A DNA stretch of 55,599 nt, from IMG/VR virus record IMGVR_UViG_3300038974_000149, positions 1 through 55,599 of that record; one strand, written 5' to 3'. Made by a program: the position numbers and the translations under genes. Numbering within the stretch: position 1 is the stretch's first letter; each line of letters starts with the position of its first letter. Positions 25,695-34,088 of this stretch are shown here, piece by piece. This DNA is from a virus (Duplodnaviria > Caudoviricetes). The notes beneath the pieces are model-generated. The model did not search any database, had not been told where the DNA came from, and saw only the letters and a program-made list of their open reading frames with translations.

Positions 25695-25902
25695 CAGTTC
25701 TTTCCTTACCTGTGTCTTTTTCATCGGCATCGCCATCTGGCCATTCAATTTTCACATACTCATTCATGTCTTTATAGCCAAACTTCTTTTTAGGCTGCTC
25801 TTCTTTTTCTCTAGACTCTGAGAATAGAGTTGAAGTGCTTACATCGGCACGCTGCCGAGAATCCATCTGCTTGAATCTTTTCCAGTCATAGTATTTAGTC
25901 AT
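25678..25902 (-). CDS. small charged hypothetical protein
   Basis: Likely start MTKYYDW overlapping the upstream stop. Confidence 0.55.
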   Translation of the reverse strand: MTKYYDWKRFKQMDSRQRADVSTSTLFSESREKEEQPKKKFGYKDMNEYVKIEWPDGDADEKDTGKERTDVDKS

Positions 25903-26341
25903 TTTTTCTTTTCTTCCATTCTTTCCAGCTTTGATACGACTTATAGAATGCTTTCGACTTGTTAGTTGCACGAAGGAGCTTTTTCTTTTTAGATTCCTGC
26001 TTCAGATTTTCCTTGCCTTGTCTTTCCATTTCATCTAGTCGTTTATAATAGTCGGGAAGCTCGGCTAGATGATCCATGGCAATGTCGGCAGCCGCCACTT
26101 TCTTTTCGTCTTCATCCATTTCTTTATGCTTTCCGACATGTTCCATTTCAACATCGATGCCAGATTCAAGTTCCTTTTGGTCAACATCTTTGTAATCTAG
26201 ATCGTCTCCTTCGCCACCATCGATAGGATTAGGTCTTTTTGACCGAGTTATTTCAGCACCGCCTGGTAGGTACGCATCTCGATTTTTTATAGGATTCGTT
26301 GTCGGATACTTCTTTGTTATCTCAACTGGTTTTTCAACTTT
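25895..26341 (-). CDS. DUF5661-like domain; probably the frameshifted 3' part of 26317-27627
   Basis: Frame open from 26341 with no start codon before 26146, yet it encodes GGEGD...KELESGIDVEMEH...IAMDHLAELPDYYKRL. Confidence 0.6.
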   Translation of the reverse strand, partial: KVEKPVEITKKYPTTNPIKNRDAYLPGGAEITRSKRPNPIDGGEGDDLDYKDVDQKELESGIDVEMEHVGKHKEMDEDEKKVAAADIAMDHLAELPDYYKRLDEMERQGKENLKQESKKKKLLRATNKSKAFYKSYQSWKEWKKRKND

Positions 26342-27627
26342 TTATCTAGTTCAACCCGAATCTCGTTTATGTTTTTAGCATCTTTTATATCTTTTTGCAG
26401 AGATAAGAGCTGAGATGATTTTTTAGCACTAGGGTCTGGATCATTGTCTAGAGCTGCTTTGCGAGCTCTTGCCATTGTTTCATCTATTTCTCTATTGCGA
26501 GCAGCATCTCTAATGCGAGTGTCTATTTTGCTTCTTCCTGGAACTTCAAGAGGGTCTTTTCCTTTAGCTTCCTGTTGCTTTATCCACAAATCTTTGAAAG
26601 CACCTTTGCTTATTTTCATCGACTTTTTATTGAATCCTCTAGCCCATTTATCAAAACCAGGATGTATTTCACCAGCATCGTCATGAGCATTTACATCTGA
26701 AGTATCAGATTCGCCTGCTCTGAGATTAGGACCTTCTGGCTTTCTAGTAGTTCTACGAATCTTTTCATGAACTTCTTCGGTCGTCATCGGTCTACGAGGA
26801 GGACGATCCGCAGAAGGTTCACCCGACATAGCCTTACCAACATGTTTCTTATTGAAAGTTGTAACCTTTAGTGAGTTGTCTTCTTCGTTTTCATCGTTGG
26901 TTCCAGTAAGAATAGCCACCAGAGGCTTGAAACAAGGAGCCAGCGGTTGATTTTGAGTATACTGAAGAACCAGATTCTTTATGCTTTTATCTGCTCTTTT
27001 AGCTTTTACGTCTCTACCTTCTTCAGTAAGATGAACAAAAACTTTCGAAGCCTTCTTATTAGGGTCAATAGGCTGATTGAATGTCACAGTTGCACCGGGA
27101 TACTTTTTAGTGTATTCGCCGATTGGTTTTTCAGACTTCACCATGACTTTTCTGCCAGCTATGATGAGAGATTTCTTAGCAAGTCTCTTTCTAACCTTAG
27201 CAGGAACATGGTCTGTTCCCTTATACTGAGTGTCTGGACCGTGCTCGCCCTTGAAGTTCCCTGGATGATACGAAGGGACGCCTTGAGGAGCCTGATTGCC
27301 TACAGTTTGAAACGCTTGAGCATAGGCCTCGCCAGTTCCGGGGGTCGAAGGAAAGTCTTGCTGCTTTGTGTCTCTAAGCCTAAATGGGTCAGTCGCAGCA
27401 GAAGGAAAATCGAGCTTTTCACCTTGCTCGTCACTCTTTTTACCAGCAGTTCTGAACACTAGCGGAGTGTAGTGCTCAGCCTTGACGAGCTCAGGAGACA
27501 CCTCACACTTGTGATAAATGTAGTTAGCCAAAGCCCAGCGAGTCTTGCCACCTTTAGTCTTACCAGCAGCTTCTTTAGCTTTATCCCACTTAGCTTCGTC
27601 TTCTGGTGTTTTTACGAATCCTGGCAT
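26317..27627 (-). CDS. low-complexity Lys/Pro-rich protein, putative internal head protein
   Basis: 436 aa; many xxK[S/A] sites; N-terminal MPGFVKTPEDEAKWDKAK...WALANYIY. Confidence 0.65.
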   Translation of the reverse strand: MPGFVKTPEDEAKWDKAKEAAGKTKGGKTRWALANYIYHKCEVSPELVKAEHYTPLVFRTAGKKSDEQGEKLDFPSAATDPFRLRDTKQQDFPSTPGTGEAYAQAFQTVGNQAPQGVPSYHPGNFKGEHGPDTQYKGTDHVPAKVRKRLAKKSLIIAGRKVMVKSEKPIGEYTKKYPGATVTFNQPIDPNKKASKVFVHLTEEGRDVKAKRADKSIKNLVLQYTQNQPLAPCFKPLVAILTGTNDENEEDNSLKVTTFNKKHVGKAMSGEPSADRPPRRPMTTEEVHEKIRRTTRKPEGPNLRAGESDTSDVNAHDDAGEIHPGFDKWARGFNKKSMKISKGAFKDLWIKQQEAKGKDPLEVPGRSKIDTRIRDAARNREIDETMARARKAALDNDPDPSAKKSSQLLSLQKDIKDAKNINEIRVELDKKLKNQLR

Positions 27628-27743
27628 GATTGTTCTCCTTCAACTGATTCAACTTCCTGACTTTTATTTGTAGTTTCTTCTTTTTCCGCGATTGCCGTAT
27701 AGTGAATTCCTTGCTCAAGCCCGCCTAAAATCTCGTATTGCAT
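27612..27743 (-). CDS. small acidic protein (not in ORF track)
   Basis: 43 aa MQYEILGGLEQGIHYTAIAEKEET...; fills the gap. Confidence 0.4.
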   Translation of the reverse strand: MQYEILGGLEQGIHYTAIAEKEETTNKSQEVESVEGEQSCQDS

Positions 27744-27749
27744 GTTCTA

Positions 27750-30209
27750 TTACTTCCTATTCTTTCCAAAATAACTTTCGAAATGATCATAGACTTCTTT
27801 TTCTTTCTTTTCAAGCAGCTCAGGTGTAATGAAATACCTTGAGAATGCTTCTGCAAAATGTTCTTCTGCGCTTATTGACGCATACGTGCTGACCATGTAC
27901 ATCTTTATTGAATCTTGAAGCATTGTTTCTTTATCTTGACCTTTAGCGCCAGAAAGCTCTACTTCTTGCTCTGCCTTTTCTCTGATTTCCTTGTCTATTT
28001 TTCCGAATGAATCGACAAACTTTATTGAATCTTTTGTCTGTTTTTCCAGAGCCTTCTGAGCTTCTTTCTTTTCCTTTTTCATCGGATCGTCTTTTGCTAT
28101 TTCATCACGTGAAGTGAGGGGTTGCTTATGTTTGAATCTAAGAGCACCATAGAAAAATGCATGCCCTACTTCGTGAAGCATAACAGCCTTTTTATCGATT
28201 TCCGACATTCCACTTGGAAAGTTTGAAATAGAAAATGCCATTTTTCCTTTAGAGACATTGAATGAGCCAGAAGCATTAGTAAAAGCAGGAGTATTTCGCA
28301 GTTTGTCTGGAGCCTCTAATGAATCTAAGAATACCTCATGATCATCTGTTATTCTAATGTAGTTGCAGGCCGCGTTGATGTTTTCAAAGTGAACATCATC
28401 GATTCCTTTCAATGAATCGACTAACAACGTTTCGTAGTTTTCATCAGATGAATCAATGAGTGAAATAAATGAGTCTCGTCTATCCGAAGGAATCTCTTCC
28501 TCTTTCTTTTTACGAGGATTAGTTTCTTTATAGATGTATCGAACATTTCCAGACTCTGTGAGCTCTTTCCTGATGTACTTCGCGCTCGCCTTTTTACGTT
28601 CAGTAGTTTGAACGGCTTTTTCTAAATCTGAAATAAATGATTTCGCATACCCTCTTGAAGCTAGTTCTCTATCAAGAGCATCGAGTTCGTTATTTCCCCT
28701 TACGAAGTTCATCATAAACTTTTCGTCGAGCATTGTATAGACTTTACCCATGTCGCGACGAAATCTAAGAGTACCTATTTTTAGGCCATTCTTTGCGATT
28801 ATGTCTACATCTGAGAAAATATTGGTTTCTTTTCCCATTATTTTTCTTTTACCCATACTCCTCATCTGAATAGAAAAGTTTCCTGGTGTAAGCTGCTTTT
28901 TCAGTTGCTTTTTCAGTTTACTTTCGCGCACGACATAGAGCTCATTATCATTAGTCTTCTGATTATAGAATGGCATCACCATTACCATTTCAGAAACCGA
29001 CGAATCAGAAAAAGCTCCTGAAAAAACCTCATACAAATCATCTGTAAATCCTTTTGCGAAAACATTATCATTCAATGCGTCAAAAATAACTTGTTCTACT
29101 TTTCTAGAACGATAAGTGTTTATTGCACTTGCGATTTCCTTAGTCAGCTCTCTAAACTCACGATAAATAGCAATCTGGTCTTTTGTAAGAGTTTCAGCTT
29201 CTGGCATCTTTTTCTTTATGTACTTCTGATAAGTCGTTGCACCCTGTTTCTTTAGTTCGTCTATCCTTTGCTGCTGTTTAACGAAATGTTTTTTTGCCAA
29301 TGACTGAGCTTCTACCAATGAGTCGTCCCATGCTCTCTTCATTTTAACTGCATGACTTCGCACAACATGAGCGGTTTTTGAATCTCCAGATTGAAGAAGT
29401 CTATCGGCAACTGAAGTATAGTTTTCTATCGCTGTTCCCATACTATTGTTCTTTAGAGTAATGGGCGACGTCCCCTGAAAAGCTTTTGATGAAATACCAA
29501 TCGCACCTGGAATTCCCGTGTTCAAGTCGATTAGGAGCAATCCCAAATCATTATTTTTATCAACTTGTCGGGCATCCATAATCATCAAATCAGAAACAAT
29601 GTCTTTTCTCTGAATGTGAGCCGTAGAAACCAAACGAAGGTCTTCGAAATCAATGTTGTACATTTCACCAGATGTTTGTCGAAAATAATCCCACATCTTT
29701 TTATTATCTCCGACCAATCTAGCAAGATGAAAGTCATTTTTAGTTTCTTTTAGAGCAAATAATCTATCAGTCAGGTCTTTTAGAATCTTTTGATGATGAC
29801 TGTCTGTGTATGAGTCGAGATAATAGCGTACTTTCATCACAGCATCATCAATGTCCTGGACTTGAGGCAACGCTGCAAAGATTTCCCATGTTCTACCATA
29901 GAAAGCCGTAAAGTTTGTCTCTATGTCTTTTTTATACGTCTTTACAGCAAAATCGCTTTTCGCAAAACTCAAGAAGTCTTCTATCGATGATTTTTCCTCT
30001 TTTACAAAAGACTCATCCTGGCTGAATCGTTTATTTTCTTCATCTGTAAAATCTTGGCTGCTTGTTCCTTGTTTAGGATTATGATAGAAATAACGGTATC
30101 CACCTCCAGGTAGAGGAACACGATAGAGATACTTATGGCCAGGTTTTTCCCAGCCCTTTTTAGATTTCAGCAAGTCAAATAGAGCCGCAACGCTTATTTT
30201 ACGTAGCAT
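27750..30209 (-). CDS. polyvalent-type protein: GHKY tag + putative PD-(D/E)xK-like nuclease + second tag + zincin metallopeptidase
   Basis: SDLMI...GISSK (nuclease-like, tentative); LHEVGH...YAS..AEEHFAEAF..Y is an anthrax-LF-type zincin pattern. Confidence 0.7.
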   Translation of the reverse strand: MLRKISVAALFDLLKSKKGWEKPGHKYLYRVPLPGGGYRYFYHNPKQGTSSQDFTDEENKRFSQDESFVKEEKSSIEDFLSFAKSDFAVKTYKKDIETNFTAFYGRTWEIFAALPQVQDIDDAVMKVRYYLDSYTDSHHQKILKDLTDRLFALKETKNDFHLARLVGDNKKMWDYFRQTSGEMYNIDFEDLRLVSTAHIQRKDIVSDLMIMDARQVDKNNDLGLLLIDLNTGIPGAIGISSKAFQGTSPITLKNNSMGTAIENYTSVADRLLQSGDSKTAHVVRSHAVKMKRAWDDSLVEAQSLAKKHFVKQQQRIDELKKQGATTYQKYIKKKMPEAETLTKDQIAIYREFRELTKEIASAINTYRSRKVEQVIFDALNDNVFAKGFTDDLYEVFSGAFSDSSVSEMVMVMPFYNQKTNDNELYVVRESKLKKQLKKQLTPGNFSIQMRSMGKRKIMGKETNIFSDVDIIAKNGLKIGTLRFRRDMGKVYTMLDEKFMMNFVRGNNELDALDRELASRGYAKSFISDLEKAVQTTERKKASAKYIRKELTESGNVRYIYKETNPRKKKEEEIPSDRRDSFISLIDSSDENYETLLVDSLKGIDDVHFENINAACNYIRITDDHEVFLDSLEAPDKLRNTPAFTNASGSFNVSKGKMAFSISNFPSGMSEIDKKAVMLHEVGHAFFYGALRFKHKQPLTSRDEIAKDDPMKKEKKEAQKALEKQTKDSIKFVDSFGKIDKEIREKAEQEVELSGAKGQDKETMLQDSIKMYMVSTYASISAEEHFAEAFSRYFITPELLEKKEKEVYDHFESYFGKNRK

Positions 30210-30732
30210 TCTGTTCTCCAGTTGAAGCCTGTATTTTTTGATTGTACTCTGTTGTGCGATTCAAAGCCATGTTGAACATTTTCTTGTATTCTTTAGCAGC
30301 GACAGCAGCGGGAAGATACTCAGAGACCTTAGTTCCAAGATTAGTCGTCATCAAATCGAGTTCTGAAATGATAGATTCGGGAAGAACCTCTTCACCTCTG
30401 TCGAGCATCGCCTTTGCGGCACCGTTGTAATCAGATGAATCGAAGTGTTTTGAGTATCGTCGATACTTTTTATCTTGAGAGACAGCATTTTGAAAATCTT
30501 CAACCATTTGAAGCATGTCTTTATCTGACGGTGCCTTATTTCCTTTAGCTTCGTCATAGATGTATCGATACGTACCATCACCCGCATTTTCGCGCTTGAT
30601 GTATTTGTGCCCTTTCCTTTCGAGCCCTAACTGCGAGTTGGAGCTCTTTGGCTTTACTTGTTTTCCCTTGGGAACCCCGTAAGTATTAGCCTTTCGTAGA
30701 AAAGTTACATTATTTATAAGTATCTTAGACAT
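30199..30732 (-). CDS. GHKY-tag protein with unknown C-terminal domain
   Basis: GLERKGHKYIKRENAGDGTYRYIYDE. Confidence 0.75.
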   Translation of the reverse strand: MSKILINNVTFLRKANTYGVPKGKQVKPKSSNSQLGLERKGHKYIKRENAGDGTYRYIYDEAKGNKAPSDKDMLQMVEDFQNAVSQDKKYRRYSKHFDSSDYNGAAKAMLDRGEEVLPESIISELDLMTTNLGTKVSEYLPAAVAAKEYKKMFNMALNRTTEYNQKIQASTGEQNAT

Positions 30733-31075
30733 GTTTATCTTCCTTGTAGATTAGAGCATTTGAGATTTTCGCCAACATAAATATCTTCTCGATGTATTCT
30801 GCAACTGTTTTGCTTTTCTTCATTACACCAGTAAGATGAGCCATTTTCAAGCTATTTCGTTCCTTCTGATTCAGCTCGTGCTCGTAATCGAAAACACTTA
30901 CTACTCGAGCAAACGACAAAAATGCTTTTTTATCCATTATCTTTAGTCCAAAAAGTCCTCTATAGACAATCTGCTCGTTGAGATTCAAGTCGATGCAGAA
31001 CGCCATTCTGCCCTTGAACAGAATAGAGTTGAAAATGATAATCTTACCGCACTTTAGTTCGTCGATTATTGGCAT
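30725..31075 (-). CDS. hypothetical protein
   Basis: 116-aa ORF coupled to both neighbours. Confidence 0.6.
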   Translation of the reverse strand: MPIIDELKCGKIIIFNSILFKGRMAFCIDLNLNEQIVYRGLFGLKIMDKKAFLSFARVVSVFDYEHELNQKERNSLKMAHLTGVMKKSKTVAEYIEKIFMLAKISNALIYKEDKHV

Positions 31076-32937
31076 TAGTTTGGAAACCTCGACTGTCGTT
31101 TTCGTTGCTGCTTTACTTCATCATCTAGTTCTGTAACTTTTCCTTTATCTGAAGCCACACTACTGAGTCCTCCAGCTGCGGGTTGGCCACAAGAAACCGA
31201 ACCGAAGTCCTTGAATAATGTCATCTCAGTGTAAGAACGTTCGAGTTCGTTGAGCTTCTCTCCCATCCAGGCATCTGTCTTTAGAGCTTTGATTGTCAGC
31301 TGCATGAGTTTCTTGTTGTAGCCTTCAATGAACTTATCGTCTTTTGTTATTCTAGCGCTCATTAGATAGTTCACTGCGATTCTGAAATCCTCTTTTGTCA
31401 CTTTAGATGGATTGATTATTCCCGAACGAACAGCATTGTCGTATTCATAACTGAAGTTGTTTATCGTTTGGGCTTTTTCTTCTGTCCCGTACTTGTCCCA
31501 CTGAGACTCCGCAAGAATCTTGTCGGCAAAATCTAACAAGAAAGAATCAATGACATCGCTTTCTTTTAGTATGTCGGCTCTATACTTGTCGGCAACGCTG
31601 AAAAGTTCTTCAGACTTTATCTTTTCGTATTTGAATAGATTCCAATCTTCATTATTTAGTATTGCATCTCCAACAGCTTTATAAGATAAAGACCTTAGCC
31701 CTTTTAGTTTCCTAAAATAAGATTCCGTTTTGGCTTTTATCATTGAACCGTCTTTGAATCGAATGACAAAGCCTTCTAAATCTTCTTTCGCATTTTTCTG
31801 AAAATCTGAAAGCTCGTCAAAACTGTGAAACTCATGAGTTTTCGGAGATTCTATTCCAAAACTATCAGCTAGTCTTTGAGTTTCAAGAAAATCTTGCATC
31901 TTAGAGGTTTTCAGGTCTCTTACGCCGTGAAGAAACAACGCGCTTTTCTTTCCATAGCCAACTACAACTCTATACTTAGGGTCAATCAGTTCCAAAACCA
32001 TAGACCTGCCGTCTTTTAGATAGTCTTTCATTCTGTCGTATTGACCACCCTTGCGCACAATCTTTTCAGCTGTGTCTAGAAATCCTTTTTCATCTGTTTC
32101 TGGATCGAGCTGAGCCCTGGTTCCAAAACGAATCTTATCTGTATACTTGTCGTAGAATGCCTGAATAAGAATACCACCAACTTTTTCTGAAGCAAGAAAT
32201 GGCTGTTCTGACATTTTCTTTGCCAGATTTGCAAGATTTCCGTCTATGTATTCATCCATGTTGAAGAACTTCTCGTATGGAAATGAAACCATCTCACCTG
32301 TTTCTTTATCGAAAGTTATTCCACGAACCATTCTCATCTGCATAGACCACTTAGGTCGTTTACTCTCAGCAATCTCTCTATTTATAGACTTGAAGAAAAA
32401 GTTATCTGCATAGTTTAGAGTAATGTATTTACCATCTTTTGAAAATGAAACATCAACATAGTTTGATAGTTTGTCGCCTGATTCGGATTCGAAGTCTTTA
32501 TTGGTCAATCCAAAGAATCTTGAAAGCACTTCTCTACCAGATGAACTAACATACTCTTTTAGCTCGGCTCGGCTGCCTATTCCTCGTTCTCTTATAAATG
32601 CGACGAAGTCTTGAAGCTTTTGTTTTCCTTCGTTCAGTGCCTTTGCTCTATCTTCTTCAGAAAGCCCAAAGAATCTATCAGATAGTGTAGTCGCAACAGT
32701 AGAATGCTTAGGCTTTTTTTCTTCCGGCTTGAACTGGACCTTTGGAGCAACTTCAGGAACATACTCTATCTTTTCTGGTCGGCGTCGAACAGGAATCACT
32801 TTTTTCTGACGAGGTTCTGACTCCTTATAAACATACACTCGTTTTCCCGTCTTAGGGTCGATGTATTTACGTATGTACTTGTGACCAGGTTTTTCCTCGC
32901 CAATCATATCTTTTGTTAGAACTATGTTCATTGACAT
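31075..32937 (-). CDS. T4 Rnl1-like RNA ligase with N-terminal GHKY tag
   Basis: RGITFD...FPYEKFFN, motif I EKVGG (sic), GTR, ELI.P..RVVV.Y, EGFVIRF, IKAKT..Y. Confidence 0.8.
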   Translation of the reverse strand: MSMNIVLTKDMIGEEKPGHKYIRKYIDPKTGKRVYVYKESEPRQKKVIPVRRRPEKIEYVPEVAPKVQFKPEEKKPKHSTVATTLSDRFFGLSEEDRAKALNEGKQKLQDFVAFIRERGIGSRAELKEYVSSSGREVLSRFFGLTNKDFESESGDKLSNYVDVSFSKDGKYITLNYADNFFFKSINREIAESKRPKWSMQMRMVRGITFDKETGEMVSFPYEKFFNMDEYIDGNLANLAKKMSEQPFLASEKVGGILIQAFYDKYTDKIRFGTRAQLDPETDEKGFLDTAEKIVRKGGQYDRMKDYLKDGRSMVLELIDPKYRVVVGYGKKSALFLHGVRDLKTSKMQDFLETQRLADSFGIESPKTHEFHSFDELSDFQKNAKEDLEGFVIRFKDGSMIKAKTESYFRKLKGLRSLSYKAVGDAILNNEDWNLFKYEKIKSEELFSVADKYRADILKESDVIDSFLLDFADKILAESQWDKYGTEEKAQTINNFSYEYDNAVRSGIINPSKVTKEDFRIAVNYLMSARITKDDKFIEGYNKKLMQLTIKALKTDAWMGEKLNELERSYTEMTLFKDFGSVSCGQPAAGGLSSVASDKGKVTELDDEVKQQRKRQSRFPN

Positions 32938-33161
32938 TTCCCGTATCTTTTAGATTTCTTCTGAGACACAAACAGCGAAGAACCCTGAGTTGATTCGAAA
33001 ACACTATCTCTACGTAAAGACATGAAAATCTTTCTCGTAAGCGATGAAATAAGCTGCGAGACACTAAATGAATAGAAGATTCCTATTTCGTATCTATCCC
33101 ACCTGTCTATTCTTCCATCAGGAGCAGGAAGAACAAACACTCTACGCTGTCGAGGTAGCAT
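32928..33161 (-). CDS. small hypothetical protein
   Basis: 77-aa ORF with LPAPDGRID..DR motif, coupled to both neighbours. Confidence 0.55.
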   Translation of the reverse strand: MLPRQRRVFVLPAPDGRIDRWDRYEIGIFYSFSVSQLISSLTRKIFMSLRRDSVFESTQGSSLFVSQKKSKRYGKCQ

Positions 33162-33631
33162 TATTCCACCTTGTTTTTAGTAAATAGAATGCCATTATCT
33201 GACAACGTAGCTGTTCCGAGTGCTGTTGTGCCATCGTTTTTATGCATAGTTTCTAGAGTGCTAGTCGCAGTTCGCTTGAAAGCCAGATACTGATAGATGA
33301 ACTCGATTTTCTCCTGAAGGCTTGAAGACGAGCTAGGGAGAACATTTAGCTCGCCCATTACATTATCATCGAATGCTATCACTACACCGTCAGAAACATG
33401 GACAGCTTCTTCAATCCAAGGTCCACCAGAGGGAATAGGAGATTCAGCCATGTAAAGACTTTCCAAAGGGTCGCTATCAGGATTTTCAGTCAACATGAGT
33501 TTTGTATTAGCGCTCTCAGATGCGACCCATGACAACGAGACAAAATCCCAGTATTGACCCGAGGTGTTCTTCAATCTAGCATAGACTCCAGCATTTCCAA
33601 GTCCCTTAGTGGTTCTAACAAAAAATAGCAT
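33161..33631 (-). CDS. putative virion protein; paralog of 47175-47990
   Basis: Shared N-terminal ~90 aa (KGLG..G.Y.RL...SG..WDFV.L.W...DP.ESLY...GGPWIEEAV). Confidence 0.7.
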   Translation of the reverse strand: MLFFVRTTKGLGNAGVYARLKNTSGQYWDFVSLSWVASESANTKLMLTENPDSDPLESLYMAESPIPSGGPWIEEAVHVSDGVVIAFDDNVMGELNVLPSSSSSLQEKIEFIYQYLAFKRTATSTLETMHKNDGTTALGTATLSDNGILFTKNKVE

Positions 33632-33632
33632 C

Positions 33633-34088
33633 TTACCCTCTTACTTCTTTGATAACGTATTCGGCAGGGACAAACACTTCTTTATCATGAGGTACTTCAT
33701 CCCAAACCTGAAACTGGTATTTCCTTAGATAGCTCCGAGATTTCAATAGATTTCTATTTGTTTTATAGCCAAAAATGTTCGGGTCTGATTGTCCCCACAG
33801 TACGATTCCCTTTTTACCTGTCGGGAACAACAAGTGTTGAAGAAAGTTATCAACAGCAATCCAAGTCTCACATCTATCATCAAGAACAAGCTCTTTTATT
33901 TCTTTCAAGCTCATGTTTTTCCTGAAATCATCTACTAGCTGTTCTTCTCCGTCGACGCCTATCTGGACAATGGAGTACTCGACTTTTAGAGCATCTATTA
34001 CTTCTTTCCAATAAGGATAGTTCTTTGCGTTGTATTTACCGTTGCGAAGCTGCTTAGACCAAGGGCTTATTACAATGTATTTCATCAT
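33633..34088 (-). CDS. glycosyltransferase family 9-like C-terminal half
   Basis: YIVISP...KNYPYWKEVI...IVQIG...SLKE...IAVDNFLQHL...GIVLWG. Confidence 0.75.
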   Translation of the reverse strand: MMKYIVISPWSKQLRNGKYNAKNYPYWKEVIDALKVEYSIVQIGVDGEEQLVDDFRKNMSLKEIKELVLDDRCETWIAVDNFLQHLLFPTGKKGIVLWGQSDPNIFGYKTNRNLLKSRSYLRKYQFQVWDEVPHDKEVFVPAEYVIKEVRG

